A DNA stretch of 64,000 bases, from positions 96,001 to 160,000 of the forward strand of contig JAWADY010000002.1 of NCBI GenBank assembly GCA_038891615.1, given 5' to 3'. Below are positions 47,340 to 55,750 of this stretch, piece after piece. Within the stretch, counting starts at the first letter, position 1. Each line of letters starts with the position of its first letter. The notes below the pieces were generated by a model that searched no databases, was not told where the DNA came from, and saw nothing but the letters and a program-made list of their open reading frames with translations. The translations under genes and the position numbers were made by a program. This DNA is from Candidatus Woesearchaeota archaeon (lineage in GTDB: Archaea > Nanobdellota > Nanobdellia > Woesearchaeales > ARS49).

Positions 47340-47818
47340 TGGCGCGTGCGCTTCAGCCAAGCCTTAAGCAGATTGCTTCAGATGTCAGGCTGATAAGGGA
47401 AGAAATGGTTGAGAAGGTTCCATCCCACTTTTCTCCAAGGCACATAACGAGTGCATTCTTCGGAGCGCTTTTTATTGGAATGATGTTTGTCATAAAAGGG
47501 TTGCTGCTTCAAGTTGCTTCTATTCTTACTTCACGTCATCTTTGGATAATTGCAGCTGCCACTTTTATCATTCTTACTGGAGAAATATATTTTGTAGGCT
47601 ACAGCAGGGTAAAGGACAAGTCCAAAAGACCCTTCGGTCAGTTTTGGTTTAAAAGAATTGTTTCATACTCCATTATTGCGGTGCTTGTGTCATACTTTCT
47701 TGTTTACATTTACGGGATAAATATCCTGGCCGGTGCGAACACATACAAGGTCATCGTTGCACTTTTATTGCCATGCGCAGTTGGTGCATCACTTGCAGAC
47801 CTTCTAAAGCAGTACTAA
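47339..47818 (+). CDS. DUF2391-like 4-TM membrane protein
   Basis: Four hydrophobic segments, AFFGALF and C-terminal GASLADLL. Confidence 0.7.
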   Translation: MARALQPSLKQIASDVRLIREEMVEKVPSHFSPRHITSAFFGALFIGMMFVIKGLLLQVASILTSRHLWIIAAATFIILTGEIYFVGYSRVKDKSKRPFGQFWFKRIVSYSIIAVLVSYFLVYIYGINILAGANTYKVIVALLLPCAVGASLADLLKQY

Positions 47819-47822
47819 GAGG

Positions 47823-48272
47823 TTGAAAGTGGTCGGTCAGAAAAAGAGTGTTAAGAAGAAATTCGAGTTTCTGCCGCATACCGCAGATGCAAAATTCAGG
47901 GCTTATGGCAAAAACATTGAGGAATGCTTTGTCAATGCAGCTCTAGCAGTTACTGCAATAATGTTTGACTATAGCCGCATAAAGCCATTGCTGAAGAAAG
48001 AGGTTTCTGTTAACGGAAGAGATTTGAAAGCCTTGCTCTATAATTGGATTGAGGAGCTGCTTTATCTTCTTGATGCAGAAGGCTTTGTCCTTGGAAGAAT
48101 TGAACAGCTTCAAATAAAAAAGAAGGAAGGAAATGGCTGGCTTCTAACAGCCGTACTTATCGGAGATACTGATCAAGGTAAGTATGAAGTGATTGGTCCT
48201 GTTGTGAAGGCTGCGACATATAACGAAATGGAAATTTCAGATGATTATGTTCAGGTTGTTGTTGACATTTAG
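47823..48272 (+). CDS. Archease
   Basis: EFLPHTAD…VKAATYNEM…VVVDI. Directly upstream of rtcB. Confidence 0.94.
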   Translation: MKVVGQKKSVKKKFEFLPHTADAKFRAYGKNIEECFVNAALAVTAIMFDYSRIKPLLKKEVSVNGRDLKALLYNWIEELLYLLDAEGFVLGRIEQLQIKKKEGNGWLLTAVLIGDTDQGKYEVIGPVVKAATYNEMEISDDYVQVVVDI

Positions 48273-48346
48273 ACCTGCTGTTTGAGAAGGAGGTTGCCAG
48301 CAACATTTTTAAAGATGCTTGAATGAAAATTTTTAGGTGGCTTTGT

Positions 48347-49768
48347 ATGAATATTACGCAAATTAAAGAAAACGTTTGGGAAATAAAAAAAGAAGGGCGA
48401 ATGAGGGTTCCAGCCATCATCTATGCCTCAGAAAAACTCATTGAAAAAATAAAGCTTGACAGGACTCTTCAGCAAGCCGCAAATGTAGCGCACCTGGCTG
48501 GAATACTAAGGGCTTCATATGTTATGCCTGATGCTCATGAGGGATACGGCTTTCCAATAGGCGGGGTCGCAGCTTTTGACATTGATGAAGGAATCATCTC
48601 TCCTGGCGGGGTTGGGTACGACATAAATTGTGGAGTACGGCTATTACGCACAGATTGGACAGAAAAGGACATTCACGACAAACGAAAAGAGTTGCTAACA
48701 GAACTGATGCGTGAGGTTCCTGCTGGGGTTGGAAAGGGAGGAATAACAAAGCTTTCAAAAGATGTCCTGACAGAGATTCTTGCCAAGGGCGCTCGTTGGG
48801 CTTATGAGAATGGCTATGGAACAAAAGAGGACTTAGATTGCACTGAGGAATATGGTTGGGCAAAGGATGCAGACCCTACCTTTGTTTCTTCAAAGGCTTA
48901 CTCAAGAGGGCTACCACAGCTTGGCACACTTGGTTCTGGAAATCACTTTCTTGAGTTGCAAAGGGTTGATAGAATTTTTGATGAAAAGGTCGCGAGGGCC
49001 TTTGGAATCGAGAAGGTAGGTCAAGTTACTGTCATGATTCATTGCGGCTCACGAGGCCTTGGGCATCAAATTGCTTCTGATTACATAAAAGTTATGGAAG
49101 AAAAGTATGGCCACGCCCATCTTCCTGATCGCGAGTTGATAAATGCGCCCATAAACTCAGAGCTGGGAAGGGCTTATTATAAGGCGATGTGTGCAGCAAT
49201 GAACTATGCTTTTGCAAACAGGCAGATGATTTGTCACTGGACTCGTGATGTTTTCAGAAAGGTTATGGGGACTTCCGAAGGCATGAAGCAGATTTATGAT
49301 GTTTGCCACAACATAGCAAAATTCGAGAAGCACGAAGTTGATGGCAAGAAAAGGCTTGTTTGTGTCCATAGAAAGGGCGCTACCAGAAGCTTTGGTCCTG
49401 GCAGAGAGGAAATTCCAGAAGCGTATAGAAAAATAGGCCAACCAGTATTAATACCTGGAAGCATGGGCACTGCAAGCTATCTCCTGGTTGGAACAAAGGA
49501 AGCAGAGGCAGTGAGCTGGGGGAGTACTGCGCATGGTGCTGGTCGTGAGGAATCACGAGCTGCAGCTCTTAAAAAATGGCGTGGGGAACAGGTAAAAGCA
49601 GACCTACAAAAGCGCGATATAGAAGTTGTTGCACTGTCATGGAAAGGAATCGCAGAAGAGGCACCAGAAGCTTATAAGGATGTTGATGAGGTTGTGCGTG
49701 TTTCACACGAGCTTGGAATTGGAAAAATGGTTGTGAGACTCACCCCACTCGGAGTGATGAAAGGATGA
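48347..49768 (+). CDS. rtcB: RtcB tRNA-splicing ligase
   Basis: MPDAHEGYGFPIGGV, GYDINCG, GSGNHF, HCGSRG, HNIAK, HRKGAT, HGAGR and EEAPEAYK. Confidence 0.97.
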   Translation: MNITQIKENVWEIKKEGRMRVPAIIYASEKLIEKIKLDRTLQQAANVAHLAGILRASYVMPDAHEGYGFPIGGVAAFDIDEGIISPGGVGYDINCGVRLLRTDWTEKDIHDKRKELLTELMREVPAGVGKGGITKLSKDVLTEILAKGARWAYENGYGTKEDLDCTEEYGWAKDADPTFVSSKAYSRGLPQLGTLGSGNHFLELQRVDRIFDEKVARAFGIEKVGQVTVMIHCGSRGLGHQIASDYIKVMEEKYGHAHLPDRELINAPINSELGRAYYKAMCAAMNYAFANRQMICHWTRDVFRKVMGTSEGMKQIYDVCHNIAKFEKHEVDGKKRLVCVHRKGATRSFGPGREEIPEAYRKIGQPVLIPGSMGTASYLLVGTKEAEAVSWGSTAHGAGREESRAAALKKWRGEQVKADLQKRDIEVVALSWKGIAEEAPEAYKDVDEVVRVSHELGIGKMVVRLTPLGVMKG

Positions 49769-49834
49769 CCCACTTTCTTGTAGCAAAGTATTGCATTCAA
49801 AAAATATTTAAACCCCTTTAACCGAAAAAAACCG

Positions 49835-50758
49835 ATGAACATCCTTGCGGCAGATGTTGGTGGAACAAAAACGCTCATTGGTGTTTATTCTGAGCATTTT
49901 CAGGAGCTTGCCAAAAGAAGCTACTTGAGCAAGGACTATCGCTCGCTGTACGAGCTTGTAAAGGATTTTCTCTCACATTTTGGAAAGGCAGTTGATGTTG
50001 CGGTGTTTGGTGTTCCTGGCCCTGTTGTTGATGGTAGGTGCCGGACAACGAATCTCCCATGGAAGGTTGATTCACAAGCCCTTGCAAAAATTGTCAGAGC
50101 CGAAGTGGCACTTCTTAACGACTTCGAACTCGCTGGTTGGGGTCTTGACCTTGTCAAGAAGGGCTCTTTGATTCCTTTAACCTCTTATGTTCCTGAGGAG
50201 CGTGGCACAAAAGTGCTCATTGGAGCAGGGACTGGGCTTGGTGAGGCAATAGTTTATTGGGATTGTGAGGAGGGATATTTTGTTCTTCCTTCTGAAGGTG
50301 GACACACTGACTTTGCACCGAAAAACGAAGTTGAGTTTAAACTGGCAAACTTTATCGCTAAATCTGAAGGCTTTGTGGAATGGGAATCTGTGCTTTCTGG
50401 CCCTGGCCTTTCAAGAATATACAAATTCTTTTCTGGGAAAAAGCTTCCTCCTGAAAAAATAACAGCAGCCTACAAGCACGATTCGGCTGCGAGAAAAGCT
50501 GTGCAGCTATTCCTCTCCTTTTATGCGCGAGAGGCAGCTAACCTTGCCCTTACTGCAAAAGCAACTGGAGGTGTCTATCTTGTTGGCACAATGATAAACA
50601 GCTTGGTTGACGTACTGAATAAGAAGGATTTTATAAGAGCTTTTGTTGGAAAAAGAAAGGTTTCTGCTCTACTCTCAAAAATTCCAATTTTTATAGTCAC
50701 TGACCAAGAACTAGGCCTAAAGGGCGCTGTGTCCTTTGCCAAAAAACTCGAGCATTGA
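49835..50758 (+). CDS. glk: Glucokinase, bacterial Glk type
   Basis: DVGGTK, GVPGPV, TNLPW, LNDF, GAGTGLGEA, PSEGGH.DFAP and E.VLSGPGL. Confidence 0.9.
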   Translation: MNILAADVGGTKTLIGVYSEHFQELAKRSYLSKDYRSLYELVKDFLSHFGKAVDVAVFGVPGPVVDGRCRTTNLPWKVDSQALAKIVRAEVALLNDFELAGWGLDLVKKGSLIPLTSYVPEERGTKVLIGAGTGLGEAIVYWDCEEGYFVLPSEGGHTDFAPKNEVEFKLANFIAKSEGFVEWESVLSGPGLSRIYKFFSGKKLPPEKITAAYKHDSAARKAVQLFLSFYAREAANLALTAKATGGVYLVGTMINSLVDVLNKKDFIRAFVGKRKVSALLSKIPIFIVTDQELGLKGAVSFAKKLEH

Positions 50759-50934
50759 ACTTGGCACTCTGGTTTAAATCAAAAGCTTTTTTTGAACAAA
50801 ATTAAAAAAACTCGCGAGGTTGGTCACTTTCTTCACTAGCGCTCTGGAACAAAGAGCTTCTGTCTTGTGTGCTGCGCCCAAAGTTCTCTCTTCAGCAAAG
50901 GTTTTTTATCAAGTCCTTATTCTGTTACTTCACC

Positions 50935-51099
50935 CTATGCAGCCAGCCAGCCAATCATGAATGCCTCTTCCTTGCTGCTTATAGCATCTTCCTCCATTGC
51001 GTGGTCAAGCCCTTCTTCTGAGTAGATGTCACAGGTGTGTCTTTCAAGCTCCTCAATTTCTTCACCCTCAATAACAATCTCGTCTTCAAACTCACTCAT
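50935..51099 (-). CDS. 54-aa highly acidic protein (not in ORF track)
   Basis: MSEFEDEIVIEGEEIEELERHTCDIYSEEGLDHAMEEDAISSKEEAFMIGWLAA. GAGGTGG SD upstream. Confidence 0.72.
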   Translation of the reverse strand: MSEFEDEIVIEGEEIEELERHTCDIYSEEGLDHAMEEDAISSKEEAFMIGWLAA

Positions 51100-51202
51100 T
51101 TTTGCCACCTCTTTTTTCTCTCAGCGCCTCACTTCTCAATGTAAGCAAGCTCACCTGTTGGAGGAAAAGCTTGTGTATTGTTTCAGTGCTGAGGTCAACC
51201 AA
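51092..51202 (-). CDS. 36-aa peptide overlapping the start of the acidic protein
   Basis: GGAGGTGG SD then TTG: MVDLSTETIHKLFLQQVSLLTLRSEALREKRGGKNE. Stop overlaps the next ATG (ATGAGTGA). Confidence 0.5.
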   Translation of the reverse strand: MVDLSTETIHKLFLQQVSLLTLRSEALREKRGGKNE

Positions 51203-51352
51203 CTTTACCACCTCCTTTTTGGAATTTTTCACCAAATTATTTTCAAATATTGATTTATATATGCCACGATAGGCTGTCCAGTGGGTGTGAGTCGGGATTT
51301 TTAGAGAAAAATATTTAAACACAAAAGCTCTTGCAACAAAAAAGGTGAGTTC

Positions 51353-52138
51353 ATGAAATTTTGGGTCGCTTTAGTGACTAGTTTGTTTGTCATGCTTCTT
51401 TTGGGCTGTGCTCCAACACAAACAATCATACCAACACAGCCTGCGCCAACTCCAGCCAAAGCACAACAAGTTGAAGAACCAAAAGTAAAAGAACCAGTTC
51501 CAACAATAAACATTCTATTTGCACCAAAAAGTGCAAAGGTCGGGGAGCCTTTTCAAATATCTTGGAAAATTGATGGGCCAAAAAGGACAATCACACACAC
51601 TGCTGTACATTATGATTACAGCTCTCATCCAGGAGTTTTTGGAACAGAGATTGGTCCTGCTGAAAGCGGGTATCGGTTTATTACCCAAAAGTACGCAAGC
51701 GGGAGTTTTGACATTCCTGGAACTTTTACTACAACAATAACTCCAACCACAACAGGCACGCTTTATTTCAGAGTACACACAATCATTGATGACAAACATT
51801 ACTGGACTGATGAGCAGCAACTTGTTGTTGAGCCAGTTACAGAACAGCAAGCCCAGTTAAAGGAGTTCGTAATAGAAGCTGATGACAGCGGTTTTACCCC
51901 TTCTAGTCAGCTTTTTGTCAACAAAAACACCAGGGTAAAGATAACTTTTAAGGTTAGAAGCAGTGGTGTTTACTACGGAGGGCTTGAGTTCAAGTCACCT
52001 GCATGGGGGACAACTGGCACAATAAAGCCTGGCGAGAGCAAGAGTGTTGAGTTCACTGCCACTCAAACAATTCAATTCACTGCATTCTGGCCTGCAAGCA
52101 GCATTGAAAAGTGGACAGCACAGATTGTAGTAGGATGA
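51353..52138 (+). CDS. Lipoprotein with Ig-like domain and C-terminal cupredoxin-like domain
   Basis: Signal peptide with LLLGC lipobox, Pro/Thr linker, and GFTPS…VKITFKV…IKPGESKSVEFT. Confidence 0.75.
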   Translation: MKFWVALVTSLFVMLLLGCAPTQTIIPTQPAPTPAKAQQVEEPKVKEPVPTINILFAPKSAKVGEPFQISWKIDGPKRTITHTAVHYDYSSHPGVFGTEIGPAESGYRFITQKYASGSFDIPGTFTTTITPTTTGTLYFRVHTIIDDKHYWTDEQQLVVEPVTEQQAQLKEFVIEADDSGFTPSSQLFVNKNTRVKITFKVRSSGVYYGGLEFKSPAWGTTGTIKPGESKSVEFTATQTIQFTAFWPASSIEKWTAQIVVG

Positions 52139-52144
52139 TTTGGC

Positions 52145-52492
52145 ATGGCAAAAGCAAATTTAGCAAAGGTTCTTCTAAGACTTAGCCTTGCCTTTTCCTT
52201 TGTTTATGCAGCAATCGCCTCATTCCTACAGCCAACTGCTTGGCTTGGCTTTTTTCCAAAAGTACTAACAGCCATAATTCCTGCAAAGCTGCTTCTAGAG
52301 CTTTTTTCTGTTTATGAGCTCCTGCTGGCTGGTTGGTTGCTATCCGGTAAGAAGGCTGCTTATGCAGCCCTTTTCTCAGCACTCACACTCGCAGGAATTG
52401 TTCTGTTTAACACCTCTCAGATGTACATTCTTTTCAGAGATGTTTCTCTTTTCTTTGCTGCACTTGCGCTTGTAGTAATGGAGATTGCGTAA
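52145..52492 (+). CDS. DoxX family membrane protein
   Basis: LLRLSLAFSFVYAA, YELLLA.WLLSG and ILFRDVSL. Confidence 0.8.
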   Translation: MAKANLAKVLLRLSLAFSFVYAAIASFLQPTAWLGFFPKVLTAIIPAKLLLELFSVYELLLAGWLLSGKKAAYAALFSALTLAGIVLFNTSQMYILFRDVSLFFAALALVVMEIA

Positions 52493-52524
52493 AAGTTATA
52501 AAAGGCTTAGATGCCAATCTTTGC

Positions 52525-53658
52525 ATGGAAGGAGCACTAATTCAAAAGCCAAAGGAAGTAATTACTGAACATCTACAAAGCCAGCTTCCTGAATGGAAGC
52601 GTGAACGCCTCGAGAACCAGCAGTATAGGCTTGTTGGAAGACATTCTGCAGTTAAGATTTGCTATTGGTGCAAGAAGTCAATACGTGGCCAAGCAGACTG
52701 TTACAAGAATGACTTTTATGGCATTCCAAGCCATCAATGTCTTGAGATGTCTCCAGCAATCACTTGCAACAAACGCTGCCGTCATTGCTGGCGAGACACA
52801 AGTGTTTATTCAACTGGATGGGTTGGCCCTGTTGATGAGCCAAAAGAAATTGTAGAAGGCTGTATAAAGGAAAGGATGAAGTTGCTCTCAGGCTTTAAGG
52901 GCAACCTCAAAGTTGACAGGACAAAAGCATTAGCCTCTTTTTTGCCAAGACATGCAGCAATTTCCCTAACAGGTGAACCAATGATGTACCCAAGGTTTTC
53001 CGAACTCGTCAAAGAGTTTTATAGCCACGACTTTGAGACTGTTTTTGTTGTTACATCCGGGACAGTTCCCTCAACAATTAATGCCCTTTTGTCTTCTGGA
53101 ATCCTGCCAACTAATCTTTATATCTCTGTTGAAGCATGGGAACCTGAGATGTACAAGAAGCTTTGCATTCCTGTCATTCCGAATGCATGGGAATTGTTTC
53201 TTGAATCAGCATCCTTGCTAAAATATGTGCCAGCAAGGACTATCATGAGAATAACCTGTATGAAAGGATTAAACATGCATTCGCCTGAGAGTTTTGCATG
53301 GCTCGTCAAGGCAGGCAATCCTGATATTGTTGAATGCAAGGCATATGCGTGGATGGGCTATTCGAGGCAGAGAATGTCTCCTGAGAACGTGCCCAATCAC
53401 GCTGAAGTTTTGGCTTTTGCAAAGGCGCTTGGCTTAGCAACTGGTTATGAGTTACTAATGTCAAAGGCTGGAAGCGATGTTGCCCTATTGAGGCGTCCAT
53501 CTTATAGGAACGTTAATGGAGAAGAATTTATTTATGATGGGCTCGAAGCTGAAAGGCGGTTTCAAATTGCACGCTTAGCCAAAATTAGAAAAGTTGTTGA
53601 AAGATGCAACTGCATGCCACAAATTCTTAATGAATTATTTCAGAATAAAATATATTAG
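52525..53658 (+). CDS. taw1: Radical SAM 4-demethylwyosine synthase (Taw1/TYW1)
   Basis: HSAVKICYWC, CYK..FYGI.SHQC, CNKRCRHCWR, HAAISLTGEP and ECKAY…GYSR. Confidence 0.94.
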   Translation: MEGALIQKPKEVITEHLQSQLPEWKRERLENQQYRLVGRHSAVKICYWCKKSIRGQADCYKNDFYGIPSHQCLEMSPAITCNKRCRHCWRDTSVYSTGWVGPVDEPKEIVEGCIKERMKLLSGFKGNLKVDRTKALASFLPRHAAISLTGEPMMYPRFSELVKEFYSHDFETVFVVTSGTVPSTINALLSSGILPTNLYISVEAWEPEMYKKLCIPVIPNAWELFLESASLLKYVPARTIMRITCMKGLNMHSPESFAWLVKAGNPDIVECKAYAWMGYSRQRMSPENVPNHAEVLAFAKALGLATGYELLMSKAGSDVALLRRPSYRNVNGEEFIYDGLEAERRFQIARLAKIRKVVERCNCMPQILNELFQNKIY

Positions 53659-53733
53659 CCAGCCTATAAGGATGAGTAGGATTGCTCCAATAGCCACTGC
53701 TGTTCCAATCACCCTCTTCACTGCACGTTCCAT
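53635..53733 (-). CDS. 32-aa single-TM microprotein downstream of cdc6 (not in ORF track)
   Basis: MERAVKRVIGTAVAIGAILLILIGWLIYFILK. GAAGGT SD. Overlaps the taw1 3' end. Confidence 0.5.
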   Translation of the reverse strand: MERAVKRVIGTAVAIGAILLILIGWLIYFILK

Positions 53734-53748
53734 TTTACCTTCATTGGC

Positions 53749-54822
53749 TCATGAAAATTCATCAAGCTTTTTCGTTCTTGCATAGCTAACAATTGTTGTA
53801 TTGCCCTCGCTTCCGCCACATGTTTTTGCAGTCTCCACAAAACCTCCTTGTGCAAGCTTTTCAATCCTTCTTTGAAATGTTTTATAGCTTGAGCCTCCAC
53901 CTGCTCTTTTGTAGAGCTCAAATAGCTCACCAATCCTTTTGCCAGAATTTTGCTTTATCAGCTCAAGTATAGCTCTTGTGTCAGGCTCAAGTTCTTCAGA
54001 GTTTTTTATTGTGAATTCTGCAAGCTTTGCTATGGCTGAAAGTGCATGAGCAATCTCAACCTTTCGCGAGCTCTGCTCTTCTGCTGCAAGCCCTGCCTCG
54101 CGAAGGAGATAAATCCCTACCCTAACATCTCCGCGCTCTGCTGCCTTCTCAGCTATGGCTTTTAACGCTTCTTGTCCAAAACATCCAGGAACAAAAGCAT
54201 ATTCGACCCTTTGTTTCAGTATTTCATATGTCTCTTCCTTGTTGTATGGCGCGAACTCTATCAATTCAGCAGTTAGCCTCGACCTTATCCTTTCATCTAA
54301 ACCTTCAAATGAGCTCTTGTAGTTTGTTATCAGAAGGACGGACTTCTTCCAAATGTCATTAAGAATAGAATAAATAATCCAGGGCTCTTCAAGCTTGTCA
54401 ACCTCGTCTAGAACAAAAACAGCTTGCTTCTTGTTAAGTATCTGTTTCACGACTTCGAAAAGCTCTTCTGTGCGCTTGTTTTGTACAAAAGAATAGCCAA
54501 TTTGCTCGCAAATCTCGAGTATTACCCTATGACTTGTGTTCCTTTGCCAGCAGTTTATATAGATTGGAATGACTTCGTCAGTGCTTTCTTCAAGGTCTCT
54601 AAGAACCCATTTGCAGGCAGCTGTTTTGCCAACACCCGGCTTGCCAAAGATGAGAGCATTTCTTCCATTTCGCTTCTCAAGCAGTGGTGCTATACAACTC
54701 GCGATTGCCCTTTGCTGGTTTTCTCTGAATGGAAGGAGCTTTGGCACAAACTCAAAGTCAAGTGCATCTTCGTTCTTGAATAAGCTTTCCCCGGCTCCTA
54801 GAATTTTATTGAACAAAGGCAT
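53749..54822 (-). CDS. cdc6: Orc1/Cdc6 replication initiator
   Basis: P..LPFRE, GKPGVGKT, YINC, LDEVD, LDERIRSRL, F.PY…IL..R, GDVR and C-terminal winged helix. Confidence 0.93.
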   Translation of the reverse strand: MPLFNKILGAGESLFKNEDALDFEFVPKLLPFRENQQRAIASCIAPLLEKRNGRNALIFGKPGVGKTAACKWVLRDLEESTDEVIPIYINCWQRNTSHRVILEICEQIGYSFVQNKRTEELFEVVKQILNKKQAVFVLDEVDKLEEPWIIYSILNDIWKKSVLLITNYKSSFEGLDERIRSRLTAELIEFAPYNKEETYEILKQRVEYAFVPGCFGQEALKAIAEKAAERGDVRVGIYLLREAGLAAEEQSSRKVEIAHALSAIAKLAEFTIKNSEELEPDTRAILELIKQNSGKRIGELFELYKRAGGGSSYKTFQRRIEKLAQGGFVETAKTCGGSEGNTTIVSYARTKKLDEFS

Positions 54823-54882
54823 AGAAAAGGCGTGGCTAAAGAGATTTATAAAGCTATCCGCGCTTTTTAAGCACAGCACTGT

Positions 54883-55188
54883 TCATCTAATCTTTAAGCC
54901 GCATCTGCTGCAGAAATATGCATCGCTTGTAACATGATTTCCACATCTTGGGCAAAACCTTATCAAGCTGTAGGGATGAGCCGGCACCACGCCTGCCCTA
55001 ACATTCATCTGCTCTTCTTTTGCCTTTGGTTCACGGATGACATAGCTCACAAGAAGCTTTGCTAGACCTATTGTCCCAAAAATGAGTCCTATCCAAAAGA
55101 AAGCCTCAACGCGTCCGCCAACAGTCTTTGAGACAATGATGATTGCAAGTCCTGACAAGAGCCAAAGCCAGGTTGGGATTTGCGCCAT
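54883..55188 (-). CDS. Membrane-anchored zinc-ribbon protein
   Basis: Two N-terminal TM segments and FCPRCG…FCSRCG. Confidence 0.8.
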   Translation of the reverse strand: MAQIPTWLWLLSGLAIIIVSKTVGGRVEAFFWIGLIFGTIGLAKLLVSYVIREPKAKEEQMNVRAGVVPAHPYSLIRFCPRCGNHVTSDAYFCSRCGLKIR

Positions 55189-55324
55189 TTTTAGCCTGCA
55201 GTGAACAAACCGCAGGCACTCCTTTTAAAATTTCTGCTTCGCAGCCTTAATGGGCTTATGGCTATTTGGCTTTTTTGAAAACATCGCAAAACTTTTATAT
55301 ACAGCACCTGTTTCAATCATCAAA

Positions 55325-55741
55325 ATGAAATCAGGCAATCGCCTATTATTTATTTTAGCATTTCTTGGAATCATATTACTGAGTGGTTGCGCTAAATACT
55401 CTGGCCAACCAGCACAACCAAGCACGCCATCACAGATAGTAGAAAAAACTAATGTCATAGAAATCACTGAATCTGGATTTAGCCCCCGCACACTGTCAAT
55501 TAGAGCTGGCGAAACAGTTGTTTTTGTAAACAAAGACATAAACCCTCACTGGCCTGCCTCAGCAGTGCATCCAACGCACACAGTCTACCCAGAAAGCGGA
55601 GGCTGCATAGGAAGTAAGTTTGATGCATGCAGGGGATTAGCTCAGGGCGAAACTTTCTCATTTAAATTTGACAAAATTGGTCGCTGGAAATACCACGACC
55701 ATCTAAACCCAAGCTTGACAGGCGAAATAGTTGTTGAATGA
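55325..55741 (+). CDS. Cupredoxin/plastocyanin-like lipoprotein (HDH type)
   Basis: LLSGC lipobox, GFSPRTLSIRAGETVVFVN, HWPASAVHPTH and WKYHDHLNP. Confidence 0.85.
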   Translation: MKSGNRLLFILAFLGIILLSGCAKYSGQPAQPSTPSQIVEKTNVIEITESGFSPRTLSIRAGETVVFVNKDINPHWPASAVHPTHTVYPESGGCIGSKFDACRGLAQGETFSFKFDKIGRWKYHDHLNPSLTGEIVVE

Positions 55742-55750
55742 GTTTTGTAG

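Noticed and set aside
54823-54882. Possible replication origin upstream of cdc6
   Set aside because: The spacer is only 60 nt and holds just a TATA box. No ORB repeats or AT-rich unwinding element on either side.
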